A DNA stretch of 64,000 nucleotides, taken from contig JAQIJK010000002.1 in the NCBI GenBank assembly GCA_036946295.1, positions 122,350 through 186,349 of the forward strand, read 5' to 3'. A model generated the notes under the pieces. That model was not told where the DNA came from. It saw only the letters and a list, made by a program, of their open reading frames with translations, and ran no database searches. Numbering within the stretch: position 1 is the stretch's first letter; each line of letters begins with the position of its first letter. Made by a program: the position numbers and the translations under genes. This DNA comes from Methylobacterium frigidaeris. Its GTDB lineage: Bacteria; Pseudomonadota; Alphaproteobacteria; Rhizobiales; Beijerinckiaceae. Positions 42,760-52,917 of the stretch are shown piece after piece.

Positions 42760-42776
42760 TGTGAAAAACCTTCACA
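42760..42776. promoter_or_regulatory. LysR-type binding box
   Basis: TGTGAA-AAACC-TTCACA perfect dyad containing T-N11-A between divergent BVMO and LysR. Confidence 0.6.
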
Positions 42777-42799
42777 GGTCCGGCGGGGGACGACGGCGC

Positions 42800-43732
42800 G
42801 TGAACCGCTTCGGGGAGATGCTCGTCTTCGTGCGGGCGGTGGAGGATGGCGGCTTCTCCGCCGCCGGGCGCAGCCTGACCATGACCCCGTCTGCGGTGAG
42901 CAAGCTGATCGGCCGCCTGGAGAACCGCCTCGGGGTGACGCTGTTCAACCGCGCCGCCCGCACCGTCACGCTGACCGCCGAGGGGGAGGCGTTCTACGCC
43001 GCGGCCCGGCGGGCGGTGGAGGCGGTCGAGGACGCGGAGACCGCGGTGCTCGGCGGCCGGACGGCGCAGGGCACCTTGCGGATCCGCTCGATGCCGACCT
43101 TCGCGACCCACCAGCTCGCGCCGCTGATCCCGGCCTTCCGCCGCCAGCACCCGGCCCTGCGGCTCGACTTCGTCCTCAGCATGGAGCCCGGCAACCTGCT
43201 CGACGGCGGCATCGACGTGGCGATCCATGTCGGCGAACTCGCCGACTCTTCGCTGGTGTCGCGCCGGTTCTCCGGCACCCGCTGGATCATCTGTGCGTCG
43301 CCGGCCTACCTCGCGGCGCGGGGCATGCCGACGGACCCGGCGGATCTCGCCACCCACGAGTGCCTCAACTTCCCCTCGACCGCGCCGTGGAGCATCTGGA
43401 GCCTGCGCGACGGCGGGGCGATCCGGCGGCTCAAGCCGGGCGGGAGCGTCGCGGCCAATACCGGGCAGATGCTGCTCGCCATGGCCCGGGCGGGCGCCGG
43501 CATCGTGCGGCTGGCCGAGTTCCACATCATCGACGACCTGCGCGCGGGCCGGCTGATCGAGCTGCTGCCGGATCACCACAACGGCGCCGAGGATCCGATC
43601 TTCGCGCTCTACAGCGGCCGGCGCCACCTCAGCCACCGGATCCGGGTCTTCCTGGATTTCCTCGACGCCTCGTTCTCGAAAGAGCCGCCGGCCTGGCGGA
43701 GGACCGCCGCCGAACGGGCGCTACCGGCCTGA
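42800..43732 (+). CDS. LysR family regulator (CrgA-like)
   Basis: MLVFVRAVEDGGFSAAGR..SAVSKLIGRLENRLG; GTG start inferred. Confidence 0.9.
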   Translation: MNRFGEMLVFVRAVEDGGFSAAGRSLTMTPSAVSKLIGRLENRLGVTLFNRAARTVTLTAEGEAFYAAARRAVEAVEDAETAVLGGRTAQGTLRIRSMPTFATHQLAPLIPAFRRQHPALRLDFVLSMEPGNLLDGGIDVAIHVGELADSSLVSRRFSGTRWIICASPAYLAARGMPTDPADLATHECLNFPSTAPWSIWSLRDGGAIRRLKPGGSVAANTGQMLLAMARAGAGIVRLAEFHIIDDLRAGRLIELLPDHHNGAEDPIFALYSGRRHLSHRIRVFLDFLDASFSKEPPAWRRTAAERALPA

Positions 43733-43765
43733 TCCGAGGATTCTGAGGCTCCGCACGGGCGTCGA

Positions 43766-43793
43766 TTGTTCCATAATCTTTCTTATGCGAATC
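43766..43793 (-). other. XerC/XerD dif recombination site
   Basis: Minus strand GATTCGCATAA-GAAAGA-TTATGGAACAA: 11-6-11 geometry with the CATAA/TTATG inner motif of proteobacterial dif. Confidence 0.82.
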
Positions 43794-43799
43794 GTGGCG

Positions 43800-43960
43800 T
43801 GTAGGCGCAAAGTCGAAATGTCCCACCTGAGCCAAGTCGAAATGGCACGCGCCCCCGTTTTGCGGAACGCGGGAGGTCGCCATGGGGTGGGTCCTGATGG
43901 GCGAGCGCGAGTTGCAGCGGGTCGAGGTGCTGTCGGCGGTTCTGGCCGGGTGCGCGATCG
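43800..43960 (+). mobile_element. Truncated IS left end (ISNCY/IS481-like) with transposase N-terminus remnant
   Basis: TGT-initiated end, two AAGTCGAAATG repeats (43810, 43834), GGAGG RBS, MGWVLMGERELQRVEVLSAVLAG then loss of similarity. Confidence 0.7.
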
Positions 43961-44006
43961 AGGTGGCGACGGCGCTTGCCGGGTCGCCGCCACGGCGGAT
44001 GGGAGG

Positions 44007-45383
44007 CTATCGCGCGTCGAGAGATGCGCCCGCCAGCGTGGGCATGAAGAAGCCGAAATCGGGGACGGCATCGATCCTCTGAAGCCGGCCGTACAGCGCC
44101 CGGGCGGCCGTGGCCGACAGCCGCCGCCCGGCGCAGGAGACGAACTTCCGCTCGCGGTCCGCCTCGCTCATCGGCCGCTCCGGATTGCCGACCGCGAGAT
44201 CGCGATGCCCTCCGATCCGCCGGCCGTCGTGCAGGACGATCGTCATCTCGACCGGCGCGGTGCCGATGAAGCCGAGGCGTGCGAGGTCCGGGCTCAGGGC
44301 CATCCTCACCCGTCCCATCACCTGTCGGGTCAGGGGATCGGCGAGCCTCGCCTCGGTGAAGCTGTCGAGGGTGACCTCGCCGTGGACCAGGGCCGCGGCG
44401 AGCACGAACTCCATCGAGAACCTCGCCTGCGCCGGGGTGCGCGGGTCGTGACAGACCAGCTCCCTCTCGGCGAGCAGGCTGGTACCGACGTGGATCTCCG
44501 CGACCTGCGCCGGCCCGAAGCCATGCCGGGCGACGAGATCGAGCAGGAGGTCGCAGGCCGGGTGGGACCCGCTGCAGCACGGATAGCGCTTGTAAGCGAG
44601 CCCGCGCGCGACGAGGTCGTAGGGCCGGCCGAACCGCACGGGTCCGGGCAGGACCTGTTCGCCGGCAGGACTTCCCGTGAAGCATCGGATGAAACCGTCG
44701 GCGCCCTCGACCGCCTCGCCGGAAGCAGTCAGGCCGGCGCGGGCCAGGGACACGGCTTCGAGCCCGTTCCGGGCGGCCATGCCGGCATGGTACGGCTTCG
44801 TCTGAGTGCCGAAATTGGCGCGGATGCCGCCGGCCCGCGAGAGCGACAGGGCCAGGGCGTTGATCGTGACGGACCGTTCGAGGTCCAGCAGCCGGCAGGC
44901 CGCCGCTGCGGCGCCGAGGGTGTAGAAGACCGCGGTGGTGTGCCAGCCGTTTCGCGACACCGCCGGCATGGACAGGTCCGCCAGACGATGCGCCACCTCC
45001 ACGCCGGCCAGGTAGGCCAGGACGACCTCGCGGCCGGACGCGCCGGCGCTCTCGCCGATCGCGAAGGCCGCCGGTGCGACGACCGTGGTCGGATGGGCGA
45101 TCGTGGTCCAGCTCGTGTCGTCGAAGTCGAGGGCGTGGCCGGCCACCCCGTTGCAGAGGGCGGCGTGTTCCGGATCGAGCCGCGCGGCGTGACCGATGAC
45201 GCTGGAGGATCCGCCGGAGCCGCGTTCCGTGGCCCAGGCGAGGACGTTGCGGGTGACGGGCTCCCGGGCGCCGGCGATGGCGACGCCGACGTAGTCCGTC
45301 AGGGCCTCGCGGGCCGCGCCGATGGCACCCTCATCGGCGTCCGCGGTGGCCAGAAACTCGGCCGCCTGTTCGAGGAAGCGCAT
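44007..45383 (-). CDS. MmgE/PrpD family protein
   Basis: NGVAGHALDFDD, HPTTVVAPA, GWHTT, TQTKPYHAG, YKRYPCC. Confidence 0.9.
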   Translation of the reverse strand: MRFLEQAAEFLATADADEGAIGAAREALTDYVGVAIAGAREPVTRNVLAWATERGSGGSSSVIGHAARLDPEHAALCNGVAGHALDFDDTSWTTIAHPTTVVAPAAFAIGESAGASGREVVLAYLAGVEVAHRLADLSMPAVSRNGWHTTAVFYTLGAAAAACRLLDLERSVTINALALSLSRAGGIRANFGTQTKPYHAGMAARNGLEAVSLARAGLTASGEAVEGADGFIRCFTGSPAGEQVLPGPVRFGRPYDLVARGLAYKRYPCCSGSHPACDLLLDLVARHGFGPAQVAEIHVGTSLLAERELVCHDPRTPAQARFSMEFVLAAALVHGEVTLDSFTEARLADPLTRQVMGRVRMALSPDLARLGFIGTAPVEMTIVLHDGRRIGGHRDLAVGNPERPMSEADRERKFVSCAGRRLSATAARALYGRLQRIDAVPDFGFFMPTLAGASLDAR

Positions 45384-45405
45384 CGGGGACGGGTCTTCGC
45401 TCGGC

Positions 45406-46158
<753 letters not shown>

Positions 46159-46171
46159 GATCCTGAGTTCC

Positions 46172-46981
46172 TCACCGAATGCGGAACCGGCGCTCAAGAT
46201 GAGCCGTCCATAGATTGATCGGATAGCAGTACAGAAAGAAGCACAACAGGGCGAAGCCGTAGAGCGGGGCGAACAATTCCGGGCGACCGCCCTCGGCGGC
46301 GTGGACCTGGGCGGTGAGCGTCAGCATCTCGGAGACGCCGACGATCGAGGCGAGCACCGTCGCCATCGCGACGAGGGCGTAGATGTTCATCCACGGTGGC
46401 AACATGCGCTTGATGCACTGCGGCAGGATGATGAGCCACATCGTCCTGCGGCGGTCGAAGGAGAGCGCCTCGGCCGCCTCCCACTGGGTCGCGGGCACGG
46501 ACCGGACGGCTCCGCGCACGACCTCGGCGACGTTGGCCATGACCGGGAGGGCGAAGCCCACCGTGGCCTTGATCCAGTCCGGCAACGGGATGGTCCTGCC
46601 CAGCGCGGTGACCTGGAACGGCACCAGGAACATCACGAAGAACAGCAGCACAAGCCAGGGCGCGTTACGGAAGAACTGCGTCACCGCCCAGCTCGCGCGC
46701 GCGAGCAGTCCATTCTCCGAGAGCATCCCGAGGCCGAGACCCAGGCCGGCGACCGTGCCCAGCAGCATCGCGAGCATCGAGATCAGGATGTTGAAGGCGA
46801 AGCCCGAGAGCAGGAGCGGCGCCCACTTCACGATGACCTCCAGGGGGGAGGCGGCCGCGGATCCCGCCTGCGCCCAGGCGGTGGAGGCCAGCATGACGCC
46901 GCAGACGCTCAACGCGGCCGCGGAGAGCGGGTTGAGGCGCAGGGGCAGACGGGTCGGGACGACCCGGTAGGGCAGAAGCAC
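46172..46981 (-). CDS. Polar amino acid ABC permease (start uncertain)
   Basis: FFRNAPWLV, AEVVRGAVRSVPATQWEAAEAL. Confidence 0.85.
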   Translation of the reverse strand: MLLPYRVVPTRLPLRLNPLSAAALSVCGVMLASTAWAQAGSAAASPLEVIVKWAPLLLSGFAFNILISMLAMLLGTVAGLGLGLGMLSENGLLARASWAVTQFFRNAPWLVLLFFVMFLVPFQVTALGRTIPLPDWIKATVGFALPVMANVAEVVRGAVRSVPATQWEAAEALSFDRRRTMWLIILPQCIKRMLPPWMNIYALVAMATVLASIVGVSEMLTLTAQVHAAEGGRPELFAPLYGFALLCFFLYCYPINLWTAHLERRFRIR

Positions 46982-47014
46982 GGGCAGGTCGCGGCCGGCC
47001 CTTCGAGGGCATCG

Positions 47015-47761
47015 TCATCGGCCGTATCCCGGAATGCGCAGGGCGCGTTCCCAGCGATGCATCAACCAGACGAGGACGCCCACGAGGATGCCGTAGGTCG
47101 CCAGCAGCAGGACCATCATCTCGAGGACGTTCTGCGACTCGGACCAGATCTGCTTGACCGCGTAGAGGGTTTCCGGGACCGCGATGGCGTAGGCGAGCGT
47201 CGTGGTCTTGAGGAGGTTGACGAGGTTGTTGTTCAGCGCCGGCAGGCAGACGCGGATCGCCAGGGGCAGCACGACGTAGAGATAGGCCTTGAGGCGCGTG
47301 TAGCCGAGCGCCTCGGCGGCTTCGACCGTGGTCTTGGGCACCGCCTCGATGCCGGAGCGGAAGATCTCGACGTTGAAGGCCGCCGCGAACAGCGACAGCG
47401 AGATGATCGCCCACTGGACGTTGCTGATCAGTGGCGTGCGCATGCCGCCTGCCGTCTCGACCGAGGGCAGCAGGCTCCCGACGCCGAAGTAGAAGAAGAA
47501 GATCTGCACCAGCGGCGGCGTGTTGCGGAACACCACCACGAAAGCGTTGACGATGGCGCGCAGGATCTTCGAGGGACCGCCCTGGATCAGGGCACCGATC
47601 GCGCCGAGGACCAGGCTGGCGACGATCGTCGTGATGCTCAGAAACAGCGTCATCCTGAGGCCGTTCAGATAGCGATTCCAATCGTAGCTATCGTAGAAGA
47701 CTGTGAAGTTGTATCCGGTCGACTCATAGATTTGTTGGAACCAGTCAGGAACCAATCCCAT
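47015..47761 (-). CDS. Polar amino acid ABC permease
   Basis: FRNTPPLVQ, EIFRSGIEAVP..EAAEALG, LLKTTTLA. Confidence 0.9.
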   Translation of the reverse strand: MGLVPDWFQQIYESTGYNFTVFYDSYDWNRYLNGLRMTLFLSITTIVASLVLGAIGALIQGGPSKILRAIVNAFVVVFRNTPPLVQIFFFYFGVGSLLPSVETAGGMRTPLISNVQWAIISLSLFAAAFNVEIFRSGIEAVPKTTVEAAEALGYTRLKAYLYVVLPLAIRVCLPALNNNLVNLLKTTTLAYAIAVPETLYAVKQIWSESQNVLEMMVLLLATYGILVGVLVWLMHRWERALRIPGYGR

Positions 47762-47863
47762 GGCATGACCCCGCATTGTCGAGGCCGGACGCCTCGCATC
47801 GCTTCATCGTCGCGACCTCACCTTCCGGCGGGGCAGCAGCCGGTTCGCTGCCCCGCCATGCCG

Positions 47864-48688
47864 TCAATGGCCGGCCTTGTACTTCTCGTGCATCGCCTGC
47901 GAATACTCGGTCGGGGCGATACCCCACTTCTTCTCCTCGTCCACGATGAAGCCGGTCTTCATCCAGTCTCTCGTGGTGTCCTCGAGCATCTTCTGAAGGC
48001 TGGCATTGCCCTGAGCCACGGCGATCATCCAGGGCGCCGAGAGCACTCCCTTCAGCGGCATGGCGTAATCGTTCTTCCACTCGTCTTCGAGCAATTTACC
48101 CTGGATGAATGTCTGATCGTAGAGATATCCGATGCAATTGCCTTGCTTCATCGCGAAGAGGGGCTTTTCCGCGCCGTCGAAGGCGACGATCTCCACGCCG
48201 TAGGTGCGGGCGACGTCCTTGTTGTACCAGGCGCCGGAGGTCGCGCAGACCGACTTGCCCTTCAGGTCGGCCCAGTCCTTGATCCCGGCCTTCTTGTTGA
48301 TCAGGACGTTGACGAAATCCGAGTAGTACAGCGGCTCGATGACCTGCACGACGCGGCGGCGCTCCGGCTTGTCCGACATGGTCGCGATGAGGACGTCGAT
48401 CTTGCCCTGCTGCAGAAACTCGATCCGGTTGGACGAGGCGACCGGCACGAGTTCGAGCTTGACGCCCAGCCGCTTCGCCACGTCTGCCGCGAGGTCGGGC
48501 TCGATGCCGACGACCTTCCCGGTCGGATCGCGGAAGCCGAACGGCCTGTAGTCGGCCTTGACTCCGACGAGCAGGGTGCCGCGCTGCTTGATGGCGTCGA
48601 CGCCATCGGCCGCCCGGGCGCCCGAGAGCGCCAGCAAGGCCACCGCGCCCGACATCACGAGTCGAAGAACACTTTGCATCGGTCCCAC
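47864..48688 (-). CDS. Polar amino acid ABC substrate-binding protein (SBP_bac_3)
   Basis: Signal peptide; GVKADYRPFGF, SSNRIEFLQQGKID. Confidence 0.9.
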   Translation of the reverse strand: MGPMQSVLRLVMSGAVALLALSGARAADGVDAIKQRGTLLVGVKADYRPFGFRDPTGKVVGIEPDLAADVAKRLGVKLELVPVASSNRIEFLQQGKIDVLIATMSDKPERRRVVQVIEPLYYSDFVNVLINKKAGIKDWADLKGKSVCATSGAWYNKDVARTYGVEIVAFDGAEKPLFAMKQGNCIGYLYDQTFIQGKLLEDEWKNDYAMPLKGVLSAPWMIAVAQGNASLQKMLEDTTRDWMKTGFIVDEEKKWGIAPTEYSQAMHEKYKAGH

Positions 48689-48731
48689 CTCTCTCGACGG
48701 AGTATAAGGAAGTCGGCGGCCGGCCGCACTC

Positions 48732-49934
48732 TCATGCCGGCTGCGGCGACCCGGTCGGCCGGCTCGACTGGAAGCGCCCGACGGAGAACGGCGCGGTCGG
48801 AATGCGGCTGCGGCCCTCGGTCAGCAGCTCGGCCGCCACGTTGCCGATGCCGGCCGAGTGCTTGAAGCCGTGGCCCGAGCAGGCCGAGACGGCCAGGACC
48901 CGATCCTGATCGGGGTGCCAGTCGATGATGAACCCCCGGTCGGGAGTGATCGTGTAGAGGCAGGCGGCCGCCTGGGCGACGCGCGGCGTGGCGCCCGCCA
49001 GGCGTCCCGCGACGTGACGCCGGTACATCTCGGCCGACTCGCCGGGATCAACCGTGCGATCGAGTGCATCCGCGGTGGTGCTGGTCTCGTACTGCTCGGT
49101 CGCCACCTTGATCCGGCGGTCGCCCGGCAGGGGAGGAAAGCCGTAGAGGTAATCGACATCGGTGGCGCCGTGCATCCAGATGAATGCCGGCGTGTCCGCC
49201 CGGTAGGCGCTGGTATCGTCGAGTTCGTACCAGTGCAGAAGCTGACGGGTGACGGTCAGCAGGCGATCGAACGGCTCGCCGAGCAGCCGGGCATTCCAGC
49301 CGCCGGCCGAGACCATCACGCGGCTGGCGTGGAAGGTCCCGGCGGAGGTCTCGACGCGGACGCCGTCGCCGTTCTGGACGAGCGCGAGAACCTCGACGCC
49401 GGTGCGGATCTCGGCCCCGAGTTGCGCGGCCCTGGTGAGCTGCGCCGCGACGCAGCGCTCCGGGAACACGAAGCCGCCGCCCGGCTCGAAATAGGCCTTC
49501 TCCGTCCCTTCGAGGTTCAGGAACTGCGGGAAGCGACGGGCGACCTCCTGCCCGTCGAGCATCTCGTGCGGGATCCCGAACTCCCGCGCCGCCCCGAGCG
49601 AGCGGGCCACGAAGTCCGGCTTGCCGTGATGCGAGGTCTCCCCGACGCCGGGCGCCATCACCAGCACGCCGCACGCGTTGAGCAGCGTGTCACCCGTCTC
49701 GGCCTCCAGCTCGCGCCAGATCCGGTGCGAGTCGAGGACCAGCGGGACGTAGTCGCGGCCTTCGCCGACGGCCTGCCGCGTGATGCGGGTCTCGCCATGG
49801 CTCGATCCCATCGTGTGCGGGGGCGCGAAGCGGTCGATGCCGATCACCTTCGCACCCCGCTTGGCCAACTGGTAGAGGGCCGCGCTGCCCATCGCCCCCA
49901 GGCCCACCACCAGAAAGTCTGCGCGCTCGCTCAT
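48732..49934 (-). CDS. SolA/monomeric sarcosine oxidase family FAD amine oxidase
   Basis: VVGLGAMG, SSHGETRITR, AAACLYT (covalent-FAD Cys position), SACSGHGFK. Confidence 0.9.
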   Translation of the reverse strand: MSERADFLVVGLGAMGSAALYQLAKRGAKVIGIDRFAPPHTMGSSHGETRITRQAVGEGRDYVPLVLDSHRIWRELEAETGDTLLNACGVLVMAPGVGETSHHGKPDFVARSLGAAREFGIPHEMLDGQEVARRFPQFLNLEGTEKAYFEPGGGFVFPERCVAAQLTRAAQLGAEIRTGVEVLALVQNGDGVRVETSAGTFHASRVMVSAGGWNARLLGEPFDRLLTVTRQLLHWYELDDTSAYRADTPAFIWMHGATDVDYLYGFPPLPGDRRIKVATEQYETSTTADALDRTVDPGESAEMYRRHVAGRLAGATPRVAQAAACLYTITPDRGFIIDWHPDQDRVLAVSACSGHGFKHSAGIGNVAAELLTEGRSRIPTAPFSVGRFQSSRPTGSPQPA

Positions 49935-50055
49935 GTGACTGCCAAGATGCCTATTCCGTGAACTGCTCCGAAACTGATTGAATTCGCGGCGGTCCGACAA
50001 GGAAATTGCTATGAATGAAGCAAAATTGTAACCAGGTATAAATTTCACTTAATCG

Positions 50056-51030
50056 GTGTGCCCGATGTCCCCTGCCCTGGACCTGAAGACCCTCCAGATC
50101 GTGGCCGCGGTCGCCGAAACCGGCAGCATGCTGGACGCCGCGCAACGCTATGGTGTGACGCAGTCGGCCGTCTCGCAAGCGGTGCGCCGGGCCGAGGCGG
50201 CTGCCGGCGTCACGTTGCTTGACCGGGCCCGGCGCCCTCTGGTGCCCACGCGGGCGGGCCGTCTCCTGGTCAGCCGTGTCGGTGACCTGAACCGGGACTA
50301 CGAAGCCCTGCTGGGTGCCTTGCGGACCGCCGCGGCCTCGCCGGAGCGTATCGACCTGCGCCTCGGCCTCGTCGACTCCTACGCCGGCACGGTCGGCGCC
50401 CACCTGGTCAAGGAACTCGTGACGGGAGCAATGGCCTTGAGCCTCTCCGCGTGGTCGGGATTGGCGGCATCCCATGCCGAGGCGCTGCTGCGCCAGACGA
50501 TCGACGCCGCGATCACCTGCGACGCGATGGAGGACCTGAAGGACGTCGAGCGGTTCCCGTTCTACCGCGAGCCCTACGTGCTGATCGTGCCGCGGGAGCT
50601 TGCGGCCGAGCTTGAAGGCCAGGACTTGGCGGTGATCCTCGCGCGCCATCGTCTGGTCAGGCACAGCGAGCGCTCCTCCGTTGGCAGCCAGGTGGAACGG
50701 CATCTGAGCCGACTGGGCATCCGACCGCCCAGGGCATTCGAGTTCGACACGTCGGACAGTCTGATCGCCATGGTTGCGACCGGGATGGGCGTGGCGATCA
50801 CCACCCCGCTCTGCCTGTTGCAGGGCATCGCCCATGCCGCCCACGTCGGCGTATTGCCGCTTCCCGGCCCCGGCTTCTCCCGCGACCTGCTCCTCGTCGC
50901 CCGGAAGGGCGACCTTTCCTCGCTGGCACCACGCATCGCCGAGATCGCCCGCTCGACCATCGCGAACCACGCGATGCCGCGCATCCAGACGCTTGTCCCC
51001 TGGTTCGCGCGCGACACCCAGAACACCTGA
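50056..51030 (+). CDS. LysR family regulator
   Basis: LDLKTLQIV..GVTQSAVSQAV; divergent from the oxidase/ABC/PrpD operon. Confidence 0.88.
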   Translation: MCPMSPALDLKTLQIVAAVAETGSMLDAAQRYGVTQSAVSQAVRRAEAAAGVTLLDRARRPLVPTRAGRLLVSRVGDLNRDYEALLGALRTAAASPERIDLRLGLVDSYAGTVGAHLVKELVTGAMALSLSAWSGLAASHAEALLRQTIDAAITCDAMEDLKDVERFPFYREPYVLIVPRELAAELEGQDLAVILARHRLVRHSERSSVGSQVERHLSRLGIRPPRAFEFDTSDSLIAMVATGMGVAITTPLCLLQGIAHAAHVGVLPLPGPGFSRDLLLVARKGDLSSLAPRIAEIARSTIANHAMPRIQTLVPWFARDTQNT

Positions 51031-51336
51031 TGAACAATCGCCGGCACCGGCGCCCGGTTCGAGTTCAGATACGACTCGCCGAGGCATCCGGCAGCCGTCC
51101 GGTCGTCCGGCATCGTCGCCGGGTGCGCCGGGCGGGCTGCGGCCGAAGCCCTGTTCCCCTTGCGCCGCAGCGCACCATTCGTGACCGACGCTGTACTGAC
51201 GGGCCGGAGCCTCATCGGCCGCGCAAGGAGGATCGGGCCGGGCTCCGCCCCGACATGCCGGGCTCCCTGCCCCAAGGCCCGCTTGAGCTGGTCGAGGATC
51301 GGGGTGATGATCTGGCCGGATCAGCCGTTGGAGGCC

Positions 51337-51445
51337 CTCTCCGTCTCGATCGCGACCCCCTCGACGATGAGACCCTGCCCGCCCCGCTCTTCGCCAACCT
51401 CTGCGCCGACGAGGACGGCAAGACCTTCTCGGCATCTGGAGCCGC
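51337..51445 (+). pseudogene. DUF736-family remnant (frameshifted)
   Basis: LSVSI / LDDETLPAPLFANLCADEDGKTFS / IWSR read across two frame changes; resembles the DUF736 C-terminus. Confidence 0.5.
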
Positions 51446-51558
51446 GCCAAAGGCTCGTACCACGGGCCGCCGGCAGAACCGGCGGAACTGACGAGCCCCG
51501 GAGCCCCGTCGCCTCGCCTCACCGGCAGGGCGGAGTCGCGAATGTCATGGGGCGAGGC

Positions 51559-52299
51559 TCAGGCAGCACGACCGCTCGACGGATCCCCGAGGGGGGAGCT
51601 GTCTCGGTGTCGCGCCGCGGCGCGCCCGAGTCGGGCAGTGGTATCCGTCGTGATGGCGTTGCCATGCCCGAAGCAGACCGCTCGCGGGGCGAGGGCGGCG
51701 AGCTTGCGCTGGCTGCGCCGCCCTTCAGCCTCGTCCTCGAATCAGACGGGATCGCTCAGGCCGAGGTTGTTCATGAACACGTCACCAGCGATGAGCAGCC
51801 GCTGCCCCTGCCACAGGAACCCGACCTGACCCGCGCAGTGGCCGGGAAGATGAACCGCCCGCAGGCCGCCGGCGAGCGGCAGCGTCTCCCCATCTGCAAT
51901 GTGCTGGTCGATGCGGAACGGCTCCATGCGCTCGTCGGGCCTCCAGACGAGGCGGAACAGGATGCCTGGCAGCAGGCCGCGTCCCGGCGTCATCGGGCGG
52001 AACGGTCCGCCGCTCTCCGCGAGAGGCACGTCGGCGGCATGCATGTAGGTTCGCGCCCCCGTTGCCCGAACGAGGTCGGCTGCGCTGCCGATGTGGTCGG
52101 GGTGGCCGTGCGTGAAGACGAGGTGCTTGAGGTCGCCCGGCTTGCGCCTGAGCTTGCCGATCGCTCCCAGCACGCAGTCCGTTTTCCCGGGAAAGCCCGC
52201 ATCGACGAGGACGAGGTCCGACCCGGCGTCGAGCAGCACCGCGTTGGCATTGCCCATCGGCACGAGGTACGCGCCGTCGATGATTTTCTTGAGGGTCAT
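51559..52299 (-). pseudogene. MBL-fold metallo-hydrolase with premature TGA at 51742-51744
   Basis: THGHPDHIG, PGHCAG, AGD; same frame continues past TGA as FEDEAEGRRSQRKLAALAPRAVCFGHG. Confidence 0.8.
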
Positions 52300-52809
52300 G
52301 ACCTGATCCCGCCTCCGATGCCCGCTTCCAGGCACCATTAGCCGGAACGGGACCGTTTCGGCGGCGAAAATGGCGCAGAAACAAGGATCTATGGGATCGA
52401 TCCCGTTTTATCGAGAAATCATCATCAGGTGATTTTGTGTCGAAAATTTCGAATCGACTGGCGCCTACAGAAGTAGATCGATCATCGCATGCGTCCATCG
52501 ACGGCGTGCATGGCCGCGTGTCGTGATGGTTTTCCGGATTCGTCACACATGCGATTTGCATTGTGCGCACAGGCGTCCTCCAGGAATCTGCCATCCCGCC
52601 ATGGATTGTCTGCGGATGAATCATGATTTTGCATTCTCAAGCCGCGTCACATGATTGCGGCAAACGCATTTCGTTTCATCACTGATTTTATACTAATATA
52701 CATTCCATAACTTGATGTCGTGCGTTTTGATCGTTTCAGTGTTTGTGTTTCAATCTGAGATTTAACTCATCGCCAAGGAACACAACCAAAAGTAAACCAA
52801 GTCCTTGAT

Positions 52810-52833
52810 GAACTTTTGCGCCCGGTGCGGGTT
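52810..52833 (+). promoter_or_regulatory. Putative sigma-EcfG promoter
   Basis: GAAC(TT)-N17-GTT about 85 nt upstream of the PRC-barrel gene. Confidence 0.45.
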
Positions 52834-52917
52834 TCCAATCGCACGACGAAGACTACCTGGTGGACAGCCAAGGTGGAGATTTTCGCAATTCGACGCCATG
52901 GAAGCAGGAGCACTGGT

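Noticed and set aside
51742-51744. Selenocysteine TGA in MBL hydrolase
   Set aside because: The position fits Gly rather than Cys, and no SECIS-like hairpin was recognised.
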